64,000 nucleotides of DNA from an uncultured delta proteobacterium (GCA_963782055.1 CAWAIF010000003.1:736001-800000), one strand, 5' to 3'; shown: positions 43,332 to 53,604, counted from the first letter of the stretch. Numbers and translations are program-made. Notes: generated by a model not told the origin, from the sequence alone.

Positions 43332-43793
43332 TCAGTGGCCCGGTCCGTAGCCGTCGCAGGTGACGCCTGGGTGCGCGTCACCGATGTTGGGGCAGCAATT
43401 GGTGGTGCCCACGGGGGGGCAACACGCCCAGACGGAGGGGTAAACAGCCACGTTCCATGCGCAGTGCGCGAGCCAGTGGGGACCGCCCTCCTCGTCTGGC
43501 GGCCAGAGCCCGCAGTAGATTCTTCGCCAGCCGCCATCGGCGTAGTAGGGCATGTGCGCGTCGTGATCGCAGTCGGCCACGGGCCCGAGGACGGGATCGC
43601 AGCACTCTCCGACGTAGGCGCCGTCGCCCCCGTCCGTCGAGGCCGCCCCGTCCCCGTGGAAGGCGGCGTCGACGTCGTCGCCGCCTTCCGCCCCGAAGAG
43701 CCGCCCCCCGCACGCGGCGACCGAGAGCAACGAGCCGGCGGCCGCCGCAGCCAGGAGGGAGACGAGCACGAGTCTGGAAGGTGTTGCATTCAT
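43332..43793 (-). CDS. Small Cys-rich lipoprotein, copy 1
   Basis: Lipobox VAAC, three CC pairs. Frame preserved versus copy 2 (6-bp indel). Confidence 0.75.
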   Translation of the reverse strand: MNATPSRLVLVSLLAAAAAGSLLSVAACGGRLFGAEGGDDVDAAFHGDGAASTDGGDGAYVGECCDPVLGPVADCDHDAHMPYYADGGWRRIYCGLWPPDEEGGPHWLAHCAWNVAVYPSVWACCPPVGTTNCCPNIGDAHPGVTCDGYGPGH

Positions 43794-43797
43794 CTCG

Positions 43798-44555
43798 TCA
43801 CGGAGGGGCGATGCTGGAGACGTGCATCACGCTGTGGCCGGAGGTCCAGTCGCCGCTGAAGTCGAGCCACCAGAGCCCGCCATTGGCCGAGATGGAGTTG
43901 TGCCGTCCGAGGACGTCCCAGTCGAAGCCGTTGTTGATGGGGACGCCCAGCAACGTAGCAGGCGCGGGTGGGACGGGCCAGATGCGGCCGAGGGACGGCC
44001 CCGAGAGGAAGCCCGGGTTTGCGACGGTGAACTGCGATGCAGTGACGCCGTACACCCCGCTCGGCTGGTTCTGGTGGGTGGAGTCCTCGATGGAGTCCAC
44101 CCACGCCAAGCCGACCGAGCCGGTGCCGTAGCCCGTCCAGAAGTGATCGGCGGCCAGCGCCGGCAGGAACTGATCCTGCGGAGGGTTGCCGGGCTGGGTG
44201 CTGTGGTCGGAGTGAAAGACGGGCACAGGTCCGATGTAACCGGGCGCCGAGGGGAAGGTGAAGGCGTTCGACTCGATGTAGGTGCCCGGGATGGGGCCGT
44301 AGGTGTGGTTCCACACGGCGACCGCGTCGATCACCGAGCTGGTGTTGTGGTCGAAGGCGAGCTGCGACCGCGCGTCGTTGACGTAGCTCGCGTCACCGGG
44401 GAAGAAGCCGACGCACGTGGGCCACGGATCGTTCGTGGCGTGGGAATCACCGAGTTCAGCGCCTCGGATGACGTGCTCACCGCCTCGTCGTCAACCGCGC
44501 ACGCCGCCAGCACCGCGGCCAGGGTGGCGATGGCCGCCAGACTCAGTCGTTTCAT
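43798..44555 (-). pseudogene. Internally deleted, frameshifted copy of the 579-aa Asp-box lipoprotein
   Basis: Junction TGGGAA[TC]ACCGAG at ~44447 joins copy-2 positions 55147 and 56130. 982 bp are missing. Confidence 0.92.
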
Positions 44556-44663
44556 GCGAACCTCCTTCGGCCCGACGTCGCAGCCGGAGCTCGCCAGTGC
44601 CTGGCCCGCCACCGACTGCCTGCCTCGCCGTGCACCAACGACGCTACGCGGATCCCGTCATTC

Positions 44664-44690
44664 GTAAATACAAGCGAGCTTGTATGTTAC
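44664..44690. promoter_or_regulatory. AT-rich palindrome (operator or terminator), copy 1
   Basis: GTAA-ATACAAGC-GA-GCTTGTAT-GTTAC, between the Sel1 gene end and the Asp-box gene start. Confidence 0.5.
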
Positions 44691-44712
44691 CGATGGGGAA
44701 GCGATCTACAGA

Positions 44713-45930
44713 CTAGCGTGTACTCGACTTGGTGCCGCCGGTGACGCCGACGACGAGGAGCGCGGCCAGGAACGCGGCGGCGCCGGCGGCGACGCCCTGC
44801 ACGACGGCGTAGGGCACGAGCGTCAGGTGCGGCTCGCCGTGCAGGGCGTAGCCGGCGAAGGCGGCGGCGAGCGACACGACGACCGCGGTGAGCCACGGGC
44901 GGAAGCGGTACATGAGCAGCGCGGGCACGAAGCCGATGAGCGCGGCGACGGCGGGGTAGACCAGCTCGAGGTGCGTGCCGAAGACGGGCAGCGGGCCGCT
45001 CCGGGCGAGGAGCTTCGCGCCCTCGGCGGCGAGCTTGGCGGCGCCCAGGCCGGCGCCGACGAAGAGGATCATGTAGCCGAAGGCGGTGAGCCCGGCGCGC
45101 GTGGTGAACCGGCTGGGCGCGGGCGCCTTCTTCTTCGCCGGCGCCTTCCTCGCGGCGGGCTTCGCCCGCGCCTCCTCCCCCTCGGGCGCGTCCGCCTCCG
45201 CCTCGTCGGCGCGCGCCGCGGTCGCCTTGCCGCGCGCGCCGGGCGCGGGCATCGGCCCGGACGTCGACGGCGGCGCGTCGCCCACCGTCATCACCATCGG
45301 CGGCGGCGTGCCGGAGGGCACCACCTCCGAGATGGACGGGCGCGTCTTCAGCCCCTGCCCGTGCGCGCGCGCGCGTCGCAGGTAGAGCTCGCGCTCCTCG
45401 GTGGACACGGTGGGATCGTCGGCGAGGAGGACGGCGTGGCGCACGCTCCCCATCTCGGCGAGGGCGCGCGCGTACCCCGGGCTGTCCGGCGCGTCGGTCA
45501 CCCCCGCGCTGCGCGCCGCGCTGCGGTACCACACGTCGGCCTTGTCGGCGTCGGCGCCGTAGTGCACGCCCAGCTCGTAGAGGTTGGCCAGGTAGACCTT
45601 CGCCTCGACGAAGCCGCCGTCGGCCGCGGCGCGCAGGTGCGCGGCGCCCTCCTTCAGGTCCTGCGGGACGACGCCGCCCGCCAGGTGGAAGAGCGCCAGC
45701 GCGTACTCCGCCTCCGGGCTGCCCAGCTTGGCCGCCGTCGCGTACGTCTCGTAGCACCGCCGCAGGTCCTTCGGCTGGCCGTGCAGGCCGCCGCGGAAGG
45801 CCCTGGCGAGGAGCAGCAGACCCTCGACGTCGCCGGCGCGCTCCAGGTCCTCGCGCGTGCCGAGCTCGACTTCCCCCTCTTCCTCGGGGAGGTCTTCCTC
45901 TTGCTCGCCTTCAGGACGCCGGGCCGCCAT
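44713..45930 (-). CDS. Sel1-repeat membrane protein, copy 1
   Basis: AAKLGSPEAEYALA, G.VPQDLKEG and AKVYLANLYELG repeats, with C-terminal TM helices. Confidence 0.85.
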   Translation of the reverse strand: MAARRPEGEQEEDLPEEEGEVELGTREDLERAGDVEGLLLLARAFRGGLHGQPKDLRRCYETYATAAKLGSPEAEYALALFHLAGGVVPQDLKEGAAHLRAAADGGFVEAKVYLANLYELGVHYGADADKADVWYRSAARSAGVTDAPDSPGYARALAEMGSVRHAVLLADDPTVSTEERELYLRRARAHGQGLKTRPSISEVVPSGTPPPMVMTVGDAPPSTSGPMPAPGARGKATAARADEAEADAPEGEEARAKPAARKAPAKKKAPAPSRFTTRAGLTAFGYMILFVGAGLGAAKLAAEGAKLLARSGPLPVFGTHLELVYPAVAALIGFVPALLMYRFRPWLTAVVVSLAAAFAGYALHGEPHLTLVPYAVVQGVAAGAAAFLAALLVVGVTGGTKSSTR

Positions 45931-47632
45931 GGGCTCTCTCCACCTCGGCGAGCACCGCCAGCAGCCGGCGGGTGCGCGGCTCGTCGGCGGGAGGCCTGGG
46001 GGAGCTGCCGCGGTTCTTCAGGTAGAACTCGCCCAGGTGCTCGGCCCAGGTGCGGTACTTGCGGCGGCCGGCGAAGATGATCTCCACGTCCGCCGCGGGG
46101 GTGGACTCGTCGGCGTCGAAGTCGACGTTGCTCCAGTCGATGGCGTCGCCCGGCTGGCCGGGTCGGCCGATCTCTTCGGCGTAGCTGAGACGCACCGGCG
46201 GCGCGGGCGTGGTGCGCTCGCCGTCGACCAGCAGGCCCACCATCGCGTCGGTCACCTTCACCTGCAGGATGCGAGCGACCAGGCGGAAGCTCACCGTGCT
46301 GCGTGAGAAGTACGGGTAGATGGCGGCGCCCACGATGGGCAGCACCTGCCGGGAGGTGCACACCTCCCGCACGAAGCCGTCCACCATCGCCTGCGGGAGG
46401 GCGAGGTCGGACTCGCGGAGTCGCTCGCTCGCCGTCTGCATCCACCACTTGAGGGTGTGCACCAGCACGCGCTTGACCTTGTCGCTCGCCTTGATCGACA
46501 TGGGCGCCACCTGCGACCACGCCCGGCGCACCTCGTCCTCCAGGGCGTCCTCGTCGGCCACGAAGCGGCGCACCAGGTCGCCGAAGACGGCGCCGCTCGC
46601 CCGGCGTCGCATCTCGCGGTCGACCGCCTCCACCAGCGCGCGCGCGCTCGCCTCGATGCGCTCGCGCTCCTCCGCCTCGTCCTTCGAGGGCGTGAGGGCG
46701 CGCAGCACGCTGACCAGCTCGCCGTGGATGGCCCTCGCCTCCGCCTCCAGCTCGCGGGCCTTCACGTCGTCCTGCATCTTGTCGCGCAGGGCGGTGCAGA
46801 GGAGGGGCACGCCGCTGCGCGGCAGGCCGTCGTCGCTGGTGCCCTCGACGGCCGCCCACTTCGCCTCGAACCGGGCGATGTGTCGCTGCACGGCGCGCGA
46901 CTGCATGTAGCCGGTCTTCACCACGTCGTAGTCGGGGTCGGTGGGCTTGAGCGTCGTCATCTGGTCCGCGTAGGGGTTGCGGACCCAGAACATGTTGGCG
47001 AAGGGGCGGCTCTTGGCCCCCCAGTTGTAGAGCCAGGAGGACGCGCCGCGCGCCCAGAACTCGACGCACGCCTCCTGCACGCGCGAGTCCCAGCGATCAC
47101 GCGCGTTGTCGCTCCGCAGCGCGCTCAGGCTCATGTCGTACTTGGTCAGCGCGACGAAGAGGCTGGGGCGCTCCACGTCGCCGGCGAGCGTGGGGGTGGG
47201 GGAGCCGTGGCGGATGCGCAGCCAGCTCTCCACCTGCGACTGCATCTGGATCGCCTCCGGCTTCGTCGGGCCGGGCGAGCAGAGCACCAGCGCGGTGATC
47301 TCCCGGTCGAGGGAGAACTGCTCGAAGAGGTAGGTGAGCTTGCCGCGCTTGTAGACCTCGATGGCGTTGTCCATCTGGCCGGTGGACAGCTCCGCCTGGC
47401 CGAAGCCGTTGATGCCCTTGAGGGCGCGGCCGCCGGGGAAGTCGAGCAGATCGCACATCTCCAGCAGGGAGCCCTTCGCGCGGGCGAGCTGCAGGCGGAT
47501 CTCGGCGATGAGGCCGGCGAGGACGCCGGGGGCGATCTGCGACTCGCGCGCGCCGCCGGCGGGGCGCACGCGCATCATGCCGCCGCCCTTGCCCATCGCG
47601 TTGAGGCAGGCGGCGTCGATGATGGTGGTCAT
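45911..47632 (-). pseudogene. srfC: N-terminally truncated SrfC-family GTPase (lacks P-loop)
   Basis: Matches the C-terminal ~570 aa of 57555-60086 and is cut at the duplication junction. The frame is still open, with a new ATG at 47632. Confidence 0.85.
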
Positions 47633-48716
47633 GAAGGTCGCATCCCTCACCGCCCTCCTCATCGGCTCGCTCCTCGTCGCCTCCACCGCCCTCGCCAGGC
47701 CGGCGGAGCACGCGCACAAGACCCGGCGGCACCGCCATCACGCGACCGCCATGCACACCACCCAGGTCCACTCCAAGGACGACTCCACCCCCGGTCGCGT
47801 CGACGCGCCGCCGCTCCAGCTGCGCGGGACGTCGCGTCACCACGCCGCGGTGCACGAGGAAGGGGCCGACCGCCAGGACGCCCACGCCGACGGCCGGAGC
47901 GCGCCGGCGCGCGAGACGAAGAAGGATGGGAAGAAGTCGGGCCCGGCGACCGAGCTGGTGCACGGCAAGCACTCGGTCAAGCACCACGGCAAGCACCGGA
48001 AGGCGAAGCCCAAGCCGCCGTGCCTGCGCGATCCCATCACCCTGACGCGCGGGATCGAGGAGGAGCGCTTCTCCCTCACCGAGTGCAGCGGCGCGATCGC
48101 GCCCCTGGCGGTGGACCACATCTCCATGCTCGCGCGACCCGGCAGCATGCTGCGCCCGGACAGGACGTTCGCGGAGCTGGCCAAGCAGAAGGGGCCCTTC
48201 CTCGCGCCGGGCATCAAGCGGGTGAACCCGGGGCTCGCGCTGCGCCTGCAGCAGGTCGTCGACCACTTCGCAAAGAAGGGCAAGCCGGTGCGGCTGCACC
48301 TCATCTCCGGCTATCGCCCGCAGAGCCACGGCAGCTACCACGCCAAGGCGAGCGCGATGGACTTCAACATGGAGGGCGTGACCAACGAGGCGCTGGTGGC
48401 GTTCTGCAAGACGCTCCAGGACACCGGCTGCGGCTACTACCCCAACTCCACCTTCATCCACATGGACGTGCGGCCGGGAGGCACCGGGCACGTCGCCTGG
48501 ATCGACGCGAGCGGCCCGGGCGAGAAGCCGCACTACGTGGCGGCGTGGCCGCCGCCGCCGGAGCCGAAGCCGACGGAGCTGGACGACCGGCTCGCCAAGA
48601 TCCTCCCGGGCGTCCCGGTGGACGCGCACCCCGCCGAGGTGATGGGCGGAGGCACGCCGCCGCCCCCCGCGCCTCCGATGCCGGGCGACGTCGACAGCGA
48701 CGAGACGACGCTCTGA
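47631..48716 (+). CDS. YcbK/DUF882 (peptidase M15-like) protein, copy 2
   Basis: Same motifs as copy 1. The native upstream region is absent. Confidence 0.85.
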   Translation: MKVASLTALLIGSLLVASTALARPAEHAHKTRRHRHHATAMHTTQVHSKDDSTPGRVDAPPLQLRGTSRHHAAVHEEGADRQDAHADGRSAPARETKKDGKKSGPATELVHGKHSVKHHGKHRKAKPKPPCLRDPITLTRGIEEERFSLTECSGAIAPLAVDHISMLARPGSMLRPDRTFAELAKQKGPFLAPGIKRVNPGLALRLQQVVDHFAKKGKPVRLHLISGYRPQSHGSYHAKASAMDFNMEGVTNEALVAFCKTLQDTGCGYYPNSTFIHMDVRPGGTGHVAWIDASGPGEKPHYVAAWPPPPEPKPTELDDRLAKILPGVPVDAHPAEVMGGGTPPPPAPPMPGDVDSDETTL

Positions 48717-48731
48717 GCTCACCCCCTCTGA

Positions 48732-48771
48732 CCTCACCCCCCGGCCCCCTCTCCCTACGACGGAGAGGGGG
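48732..48771 (+). repeat. REP-like palindromic element
   Basis: CCTCACCCCCCGGCCCCCTCTCC-CTACGAC-GGAGAGGGGG, nearly the same as the element at 20762. Confidence 0.75.
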
Positions 48772-48803
48772 AGAAGAAGAGGGAGGCGTCGCCCGGCGAT
48801 CGT

Positions 48804-49256
48804 CTACTCGAGCAGGGTGGCGACGGCCTGGCGGACGTCGTCGACGTGGCGGTCGATGAGGATCTCGTGGTGGAAGACGTGGCGCACGATGCCGCCGGCG
48901 TCGACGATGAGGGTGACGCGCTTGGGCACCGAGAAGAGCGGCCAGAGCACGCCGCAGCTGCGCGCGATGGCGCCGCCCTCGTCGCCCACCAGGGGGAACG
49001 GCACGCCCGCCCACTCGGCGAACTCGCACTGCTTGTCGTGCGGGTCGGGGGAGATGCCGATGACCTCCACGCCCATCTCGGCGAGCTCGGGGTACTCGTC
49101 CCGGAAGCCCTTCGTCTCGCGGGTGCAGCCGGGGGTGAAGGCCCTGGGGAAGAAGTAGATGACGAAGAGGCGGCCCCGCAGCTCGGCCGTGGAGATCATC
49201 CGGCCCTCGGTCGTGCGGGCGGTGAATGCTGGGATGGGGTCGCCGATTCTGATCAA
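48804..49256 (-). CDS. bcp: Peroxiredoxin BCP/PrxQ family, copy 2
   Basis: YFFPRAFTPGCTRE. TTG start after GGAGGAG. Confidence 0.9.
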   Translation of the reverse strand: MIRIGDPIPAFTARTTEGRMISTAELRGRLFVIYFFPRAFTPGCTRETKGFRDEYPELAEMGVEVIGISPDPHDKQCEFAEWAGVPFPLVGDEGGAIARSCGVLWPLFSVPKRVTLIVDAGGIVRHVFHHEILIDRHVDDVRQAVATLLE

Positions 49257-49383
49257 CGCTCCTCCGATGGATGCTCCGGACGGGCTGCCAGTTGCAGCGG
49301 AGCTCGTGCGGACGCGGGCCAGGCGCCCGGAGACCGATCCTGGATTGTCGCTCGCCCGGAGGATTCCGGCCATAATGTCCTGC

Positions 49384-49812
49384 GTGAGCGAGGCGAATCC
49401 GGACGCGGCCACCGGGGATGAGGTCCAGGGCGAGGAGGTCGAGGAGTCGGCTGCCGCCACGCCGGCCGGGGAGCCCGGGCCCACCGGCGACGCCATCCTG
49501 GACGCGCTCTGGGCCAAGGCGCTGGAGGACTGGGGGGACGACAAGCCCCACGCCTCGCTGCTCGAGTACGCGATGCGTCAGGAGCGGCTGCCCGACCTGG
49601 CCGGCCTCTACCGCACCGTGCGCGACGATCCGGAGAAGGGCGAGCTGGCGAGGAAGAAGCTGGACGGCATCGTGGTGGCGGCCACGCAGATGCTCTTCGC
49701 GATGAAGACGCCGCGCCCCACCAAGACGCCCTTCTGGATGCTGGCCAGCGCCTTCGCGACCTGCGCCATCCTGCTCGGCTGGCTGGCGTACGCGATCCTC
49801 CGGCCTCAGTAG
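49384..49812 (+). CDS. Hypothetical protein with C-terminal TM anchor, copy 2
   Basis: Paralog of 38391-38897 with a shorter acidic linker. Confidence 0.75.
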   Translation: MSEANPDAATGDEVQGEEVEESAAATPAGEPGPTGDAILDALWAKALEDWGDDKPHASLLEYAMRQERLPDLAGLYRTVRDDPEKGELARKKLDGIVVAATQMLFAMKTPRPTKTPFWMLASAFATCAILLGWLAYAILRPQ

Positions 49813-51449
49813 CCCGTCGACTTCGGCGCGGGGTCGTTGCTCCTGGTGATGCCGTGGGCGAGGATGTACGCCTCGAACTGCGCCGACTCCTGGTCGAGCG
49901 CGTCGACGAGCGCGCTGACGGCGGCGACCGCCGCGTCCGCCGAGGCGCCCTTCAGGTTCGCGGTGCGGTTCTGCGCGTCGTAGAGCTCGCCGCACACGTA
50001 GTGGAAGACGTCTTGCTGCGCGCGCCAGTCGAGCTCGCTCTTCGGGACGACGCCGGCGAACGCCGACTCCACCGCCGCCACCAGCTCGGGGTGGGTCTCG
50101 CGCAGGTAGTCGGTCGCGAGCACCTTGAGCGTCGACATGTCGGGGTACTCCTGCATGTCGGCGCCGTTGTTGAGGACGTCGGCGTAGGAGGGGTCGCCCG
50201 GCCGGAGCTGGTTGCCCACGATGACCTGGCCGGTGACGGGGTTGCCCGCGGAGTCCTTCTGGCCGGGCCGCGCGAGGGCGCGGACGACCAGGCCGTAGAA
50301 CTGCGCGCTGGTCATGTTGTAGCCCCAGCCCAGGGTGGGCCAGCCGAAGGCCATCCCGCGGTAGTCCTCGATCGCCATCACCGCGTACCAGTCGGTGATC
50401 GCGGAGCGGCCCGTCGGGGAGAGCTGCGAGGCGCGCGCGGGGTCGGACTTCACCAGCAGGTCCATCATCGCGCGCGCGTAGAGGGGATCGTCCGACGCGG
50501 GCATCGCGCCCATGTCGAGGAGCTGGCGGCCGAAGGTGCTGGCGAGCGGGCCGTGGAGCGGCGTCTGCATCGCGACGACGCCGATGCGCTCGGCGCGCGC
50601 GGGGCGGTCGGTGATGAAGTACGCCATCGCGTCGCTGGTGATGGGCAGGCGCACCGAGCGGCCGGCGGCGGTGGAGAAGTACATGGAGAAGGTGGAGATG
50701 GCGAGGCCGGCGAGGCTCGGGTCCTTGAGGTTCGCCGTGATGGCGCTCGTGAACTTCTTCTCCTTGGTCAGCCGGTGCGGCGTGGTCTTGAGGTGATCCA
50801 CCGCGGTGACGATGCTGGCGAAGCTCGCGTTGCGCTCCGCCCAGGTGCTCCCCTTGAGGTACTTGTACTGCCACAATCCGTGCTTGTAGAGCTCGCAGGT
50901 GTGCAGCCACGCGCCGACGCTGCTCGCGTGGAAGATGGTGTAGGACTCGCGGTCCTGCTGCGCGGCGGGGGCGAGCTCCTCCAGGAGGAAGGAGCGGAAG
51001 GGGCGGTCGCCCGGCAGCTTCAGCGTGATGGGCTTCTTCGCGGCGTAGTCGCGCTTCAGGTACACCGCGTGGCCGAAGGCGGTGCCCTCGATGACGTCGT
51101 CGCTCGCGTACCACTTGTTCGCCTCGATCGCGAGGGAGCTCGATCCCTCGGTGAGGGTGTCCGCGCTGCGGGTGAGCGTGTGGGCCGAGCCGTCGACGAG
51201 GTCGAGCCGGATGCCGGCCGCGGGCCAGGACTCGATCATGGAGTCGCCGGTCTGCTTCTGGCCGTCGATCGTGGTGACCCACAGGCCGTTGAGATCGTCG
51301 TCGCCGAGGGAGAGGCCCTCGTAGGTCTCGTCGGAGGTGTCCTCGGCGGCGCCGGCGCTGCAGCCGGTGACGGCCGACTGCGCCAGCAGGGCGAGGGCGG
51401 GGAGGAGGAGGAGGCCAAGGCGGGGGCGATTCTTGAAGTGGAGGTCCAT
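49806..51449 (-). CDS. Hypothetical 547-aa lipoprotein, copy 2
   Basis: Lipobox VTGC, paralog of 38891-40534. Confidence 0.85.
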   Translation of the reverse strand: MDLHFKNRPRLGLLLLPALALLAQSAVTGCSAGAAEDTSDETYEGLSLGDDDLNGLWVTTIDGQKQTGDSMIESWPAAGIRLDLVDGSAHTLTRSADTLTEGSSSLAIEANKWYASDDVIEGTAFGHAVYLKRDYAAKKPITLKLPGDRPFRSFLLEELAPAAQQDRESYTIFHASSVGAWLHTCELYKHGLWQYKYLKGSTWAERNASFASIVTAVDHLKTTPHRLTKEKKFTSAITANLKDPSLAGLAISTFSMYFSTAAGRSVRLPITSDAMAYFITDRPARAERIGVVAMQTPLHGPLASTFGRQLLDMGAMPASDDPLYARAMMDLLVKSDPARASQLSPTGRSAITDWYAVMAIEDYRGMAFGWPTLGWGYNMTSAQFYGLVVRALARPGQKDSAGNPVTGQVIVGNQLRPGDPSYADVLNNGADMQEYPDMSTLKVLATDYLRETHPELVAAVESAFAGVVPKSELDWRAQQDVFHYVCGELYDAQNRTANLKGASADAAVAAVSALVDALDQESAQFEAYILAHGITRSNDPAPKSTGY

Positions 51450-51501
51450 GAGGAGCGTCCTTGTACGAGGGAGGCCTACCGGTCCTTCCCAGGCTGGAAG
51501 G

Positions 51502-52941
51502 TCAATGAAAGGCCCACTCGGGGGCCGCGTCGCACGAGACGAGCGGGATGGTGGAGGCGACGCCGTCGTTCACGAAGTCCTGCTGGATGTCGGCGAGCGT
51601 CTCGCTGCCGCCGCTGATCGGGAGGGTGGTCTCGGTGTCGGCCAGGCTCTTCGCCTCGCCGCACGCGTCGACGGTCGTGTAGGCGCGGTCGTCGCCGATG
51701 GCGGCGACGAGGTCCGGCGCGCCGTAGAACGCCTGGCCGGACACGGTGGTGAGCATCACGTCGGCGGGGCCGGCGTCGATGAGGGCGCGGTAGGGGTGCG
51801 TCACGTCCCCGCGCACGACGACGAGGTCGGCGAAGAGGCCCTTGCGGATGGATCCGATCTTGTCGTCCATCGCCACCGTCTTCGCGGGGTTGATGGTCAC
51901 CATGTTGACGAGCTGCCGGTCGGTGATGAGGCCGGCGAAGCGCTCGCGGTTGACGCGGTCGGCGACCTTCAGCTCCGCGAGGACGTTGGCGCTGCCGGAG
52001 GGCGACCAGTCGGGGGCAATGGAGACGGTGATGCCGTCGGCGAGGGCGGTGGGGATGTCGGTCGTCTGCCCGTAGAGCGCCAGGTTGGAGAGGGGCGACC
52101 AGACGATCTTCATGCCGGCCTGGCCCATCTTCGCGAGGCGCGGGGCGTCGAGGGCCGTCGCGTGGATGGCCACCACCTGCGGTTTGACCAGGCCGATCTG
52201 CTCGAGGTAGTCGAACTCGGCGCGGGAGGAGTCGTCGGTGCCCTCGGCGAGGTGGATGAAGAACGCCTTGGTCTTCCCGTTCGCGAACTGCGCGTTGAGC
52301 GCGTCGGCGTCCGATTGCTTCAGCGCCGTCACGGGCAGGACGTCCTGGCGGATCTCGTCCTTGCAGAAGTTCTTGAACTCCACGTTGCGCACCCACGAGC
52401 GCGTGCAGGTGAGATCCGCCGACCCCTGGATGGTGGTGGTGCCGCCGGCGAGGGCGCGGAACTCGCCGTACTTCACCGCCTCGCACATGTGGTGGGCCTT
52501 CTTGACTGCGTTGTATGGCGCCTTCACCGCGGCGGAGTACGCGCTGGCGCGCGCCCACTGGTAGCGGTCGCTCCAGCGCCGGCCGGAGTTCCAGAAGGGG
52601 ATGAAGTCGTAGGCGACGTGGTTGTGGAGGTCGATGAGGCCCGGCGCGATGACGCCGCCGGTCTCGATGATCTTCGCGTCGGACGGGACATCGGCGACGT
52701 CGGTCACCACGCCGGTGATGTGCTCGGCGGAGACGACGACGTACGCGGTCTCGGGGCCGTCGGGCAGCAGGGCGGTGCCGTGAAGGGCGTAGGTGGGGCC
52801 CGCGATGGCGGTGCAGCCGGTCTGGTAGGACGACGACGACTGCGAGTCATCGGCGGTGGTCTCGCCACCTGCCGACGAGCAGGCGGCCGACGCGAGGCAC
52901 ACCGCGGCCATCAGCGCGGCCGCGCGAACGAACGTACGCAT
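51502..52941 (-). CDS. Amidohydrolase-superfamily lipoprotein, copy 2
   Basis: Same motifs as copy 1. Confidence 0.9.
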   Translation of the reverse strand: MRTFVRAAALMAAVCLASAACSSAGGETTADDSQSSSSYQTGCTAIAGPTYALHGTALLPDGPETAYVVVSAEHITGVVTDVADVPSDAKIIETGGVIAPGLIDLHNHVAYDFIPFWNSGRRWSDRYQWARASAYSAAVKAPYNAVKKAHHMCEAVKYGEFRALAGGTTTIQGSADLTCTRSWVRNVEFKNFCKDEIRQDVLPVTALKQSDADALNAQFANGKTKAFFIHLAEGTDDSSRAEFDYLEQIGLVKPQVVAIHATALDAPRLAKMGQAGMKIVWSPLSNLALYGQTTDIPTALADGITVSIAPDWSPSGSANVLAELKVADRVNRERFAGLITDRQLVNMVTINPAKTVAMDDKIGSIRKGLFADLVVVRGDVTHPYRALIDAGPADVMLTTVSGQAFYGAPDLVAAIGDDRAYTTVDACGEAKSLADTETTLPISGGSETLADIQQDFVNDGVASTIPLVSCDAAPEWAFH

Positions 52942-53087
52942 CGAGAAGCTCCTTCTTGGGGCGGAACGCGCCGCGCGCCCGGGACCCGGGGCGGTGCGTT
53001 CGTGGAAGTGGCGGCGCGTGTGGCCGCGATGGTTCCGATGTACGCGGCTGTCGTCGGGAAGTTTCCCTCCCGGTGCGCGAGGGGGCG

Positions 53088-53588
53088 CTACCGTCCTCGC
53101 GCCTTCCGACGTGGCGTGCCCGGCGTGACGCGTGGGCGTTCGCCGCTGACCGCTCTTGGTGCCTGCACTGCGCCGCCAGCCATGGCGACGCACTCGCGCA
53201 AGAGCCGTGCGCTTGCGATGTCGAGGCTGCGGTCGCCGGTCTTCTGCACGAGGTTGTGCACGTGAGTGTCGAGGGTGAGGCGGGAGATACCCATCTCGGC
53301 TGCCATCTCGGAACGATCCACACCGAGCGCGCTGCGCTCGAGCAGCTGCCGCTCGCGTACCGTGAGCTGGTACTGGCGTGCCCACCCGAGCGCCATCTCG
53401 AGGATCCCGGCACCATCGGGGAGACCCGGATCGACGATCACGGCGCACCACGCGTCGTGGCCACCCAGCCGCCTGCGTCCGTCCCGCACAAGACGGCAGT
53501 GCGTGACGCTACCGTAGGGCCGCAAGAGGCGCGTCAAGGCCGACACGACAAGACCGTCGTCCTCGACGAGGAGGAAGCCCGCACCCAT
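53088..53588 (-). CDS. Response regulator with 61-aa in-frame deletion in REC domain (possible pseudogene)
   Basis: Junction ATCCCGG[CA]CCATCGG at ~53411 removes copy-1 42525-42707 (183 bp). 166 aa versus 227 aa. Confidence 0.85.
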   Translation of the reverse strand: MGAGFLLVEDDGLVVSALTRLLRPYGSVTHCRLVRDGRRRLGGHDAWCAVIVDPGLPDGAGILEMALGWARQYQLTVRERQLLERSALGVDRSEMAAEMGISRLTLDTHVHNLVQKTGDRSLDIASARLLRECVAMAGGAVQAPRAVSGERPRVTPGTPRRKARGR

Positions 53589-53604
53589 GAGGCAAGGTTA
53601 CCCC

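Larger units (their letters stand above)
36604..47624 (+). repeat. Tandem duplication, copy 1 (~11.0 kb)
   Basis: Same gene order and sequence similarity as 47625-59268. Confidence 0.97.

Noticed and set aside
43100..43770. Diversity-generating retroelement TR/VR pair
   Set aside because: Differences between the two similar segments are not adenine-specific and include indels, and there is no reverse transcriptase in the window.
45911..47719. Genuine 602-aa fusion protein starting at 47719
   Set aside because: The first 29 codons are the antisense of the DUF882 signal peptide. Only the junction ATG at 47632 is a plausible start.
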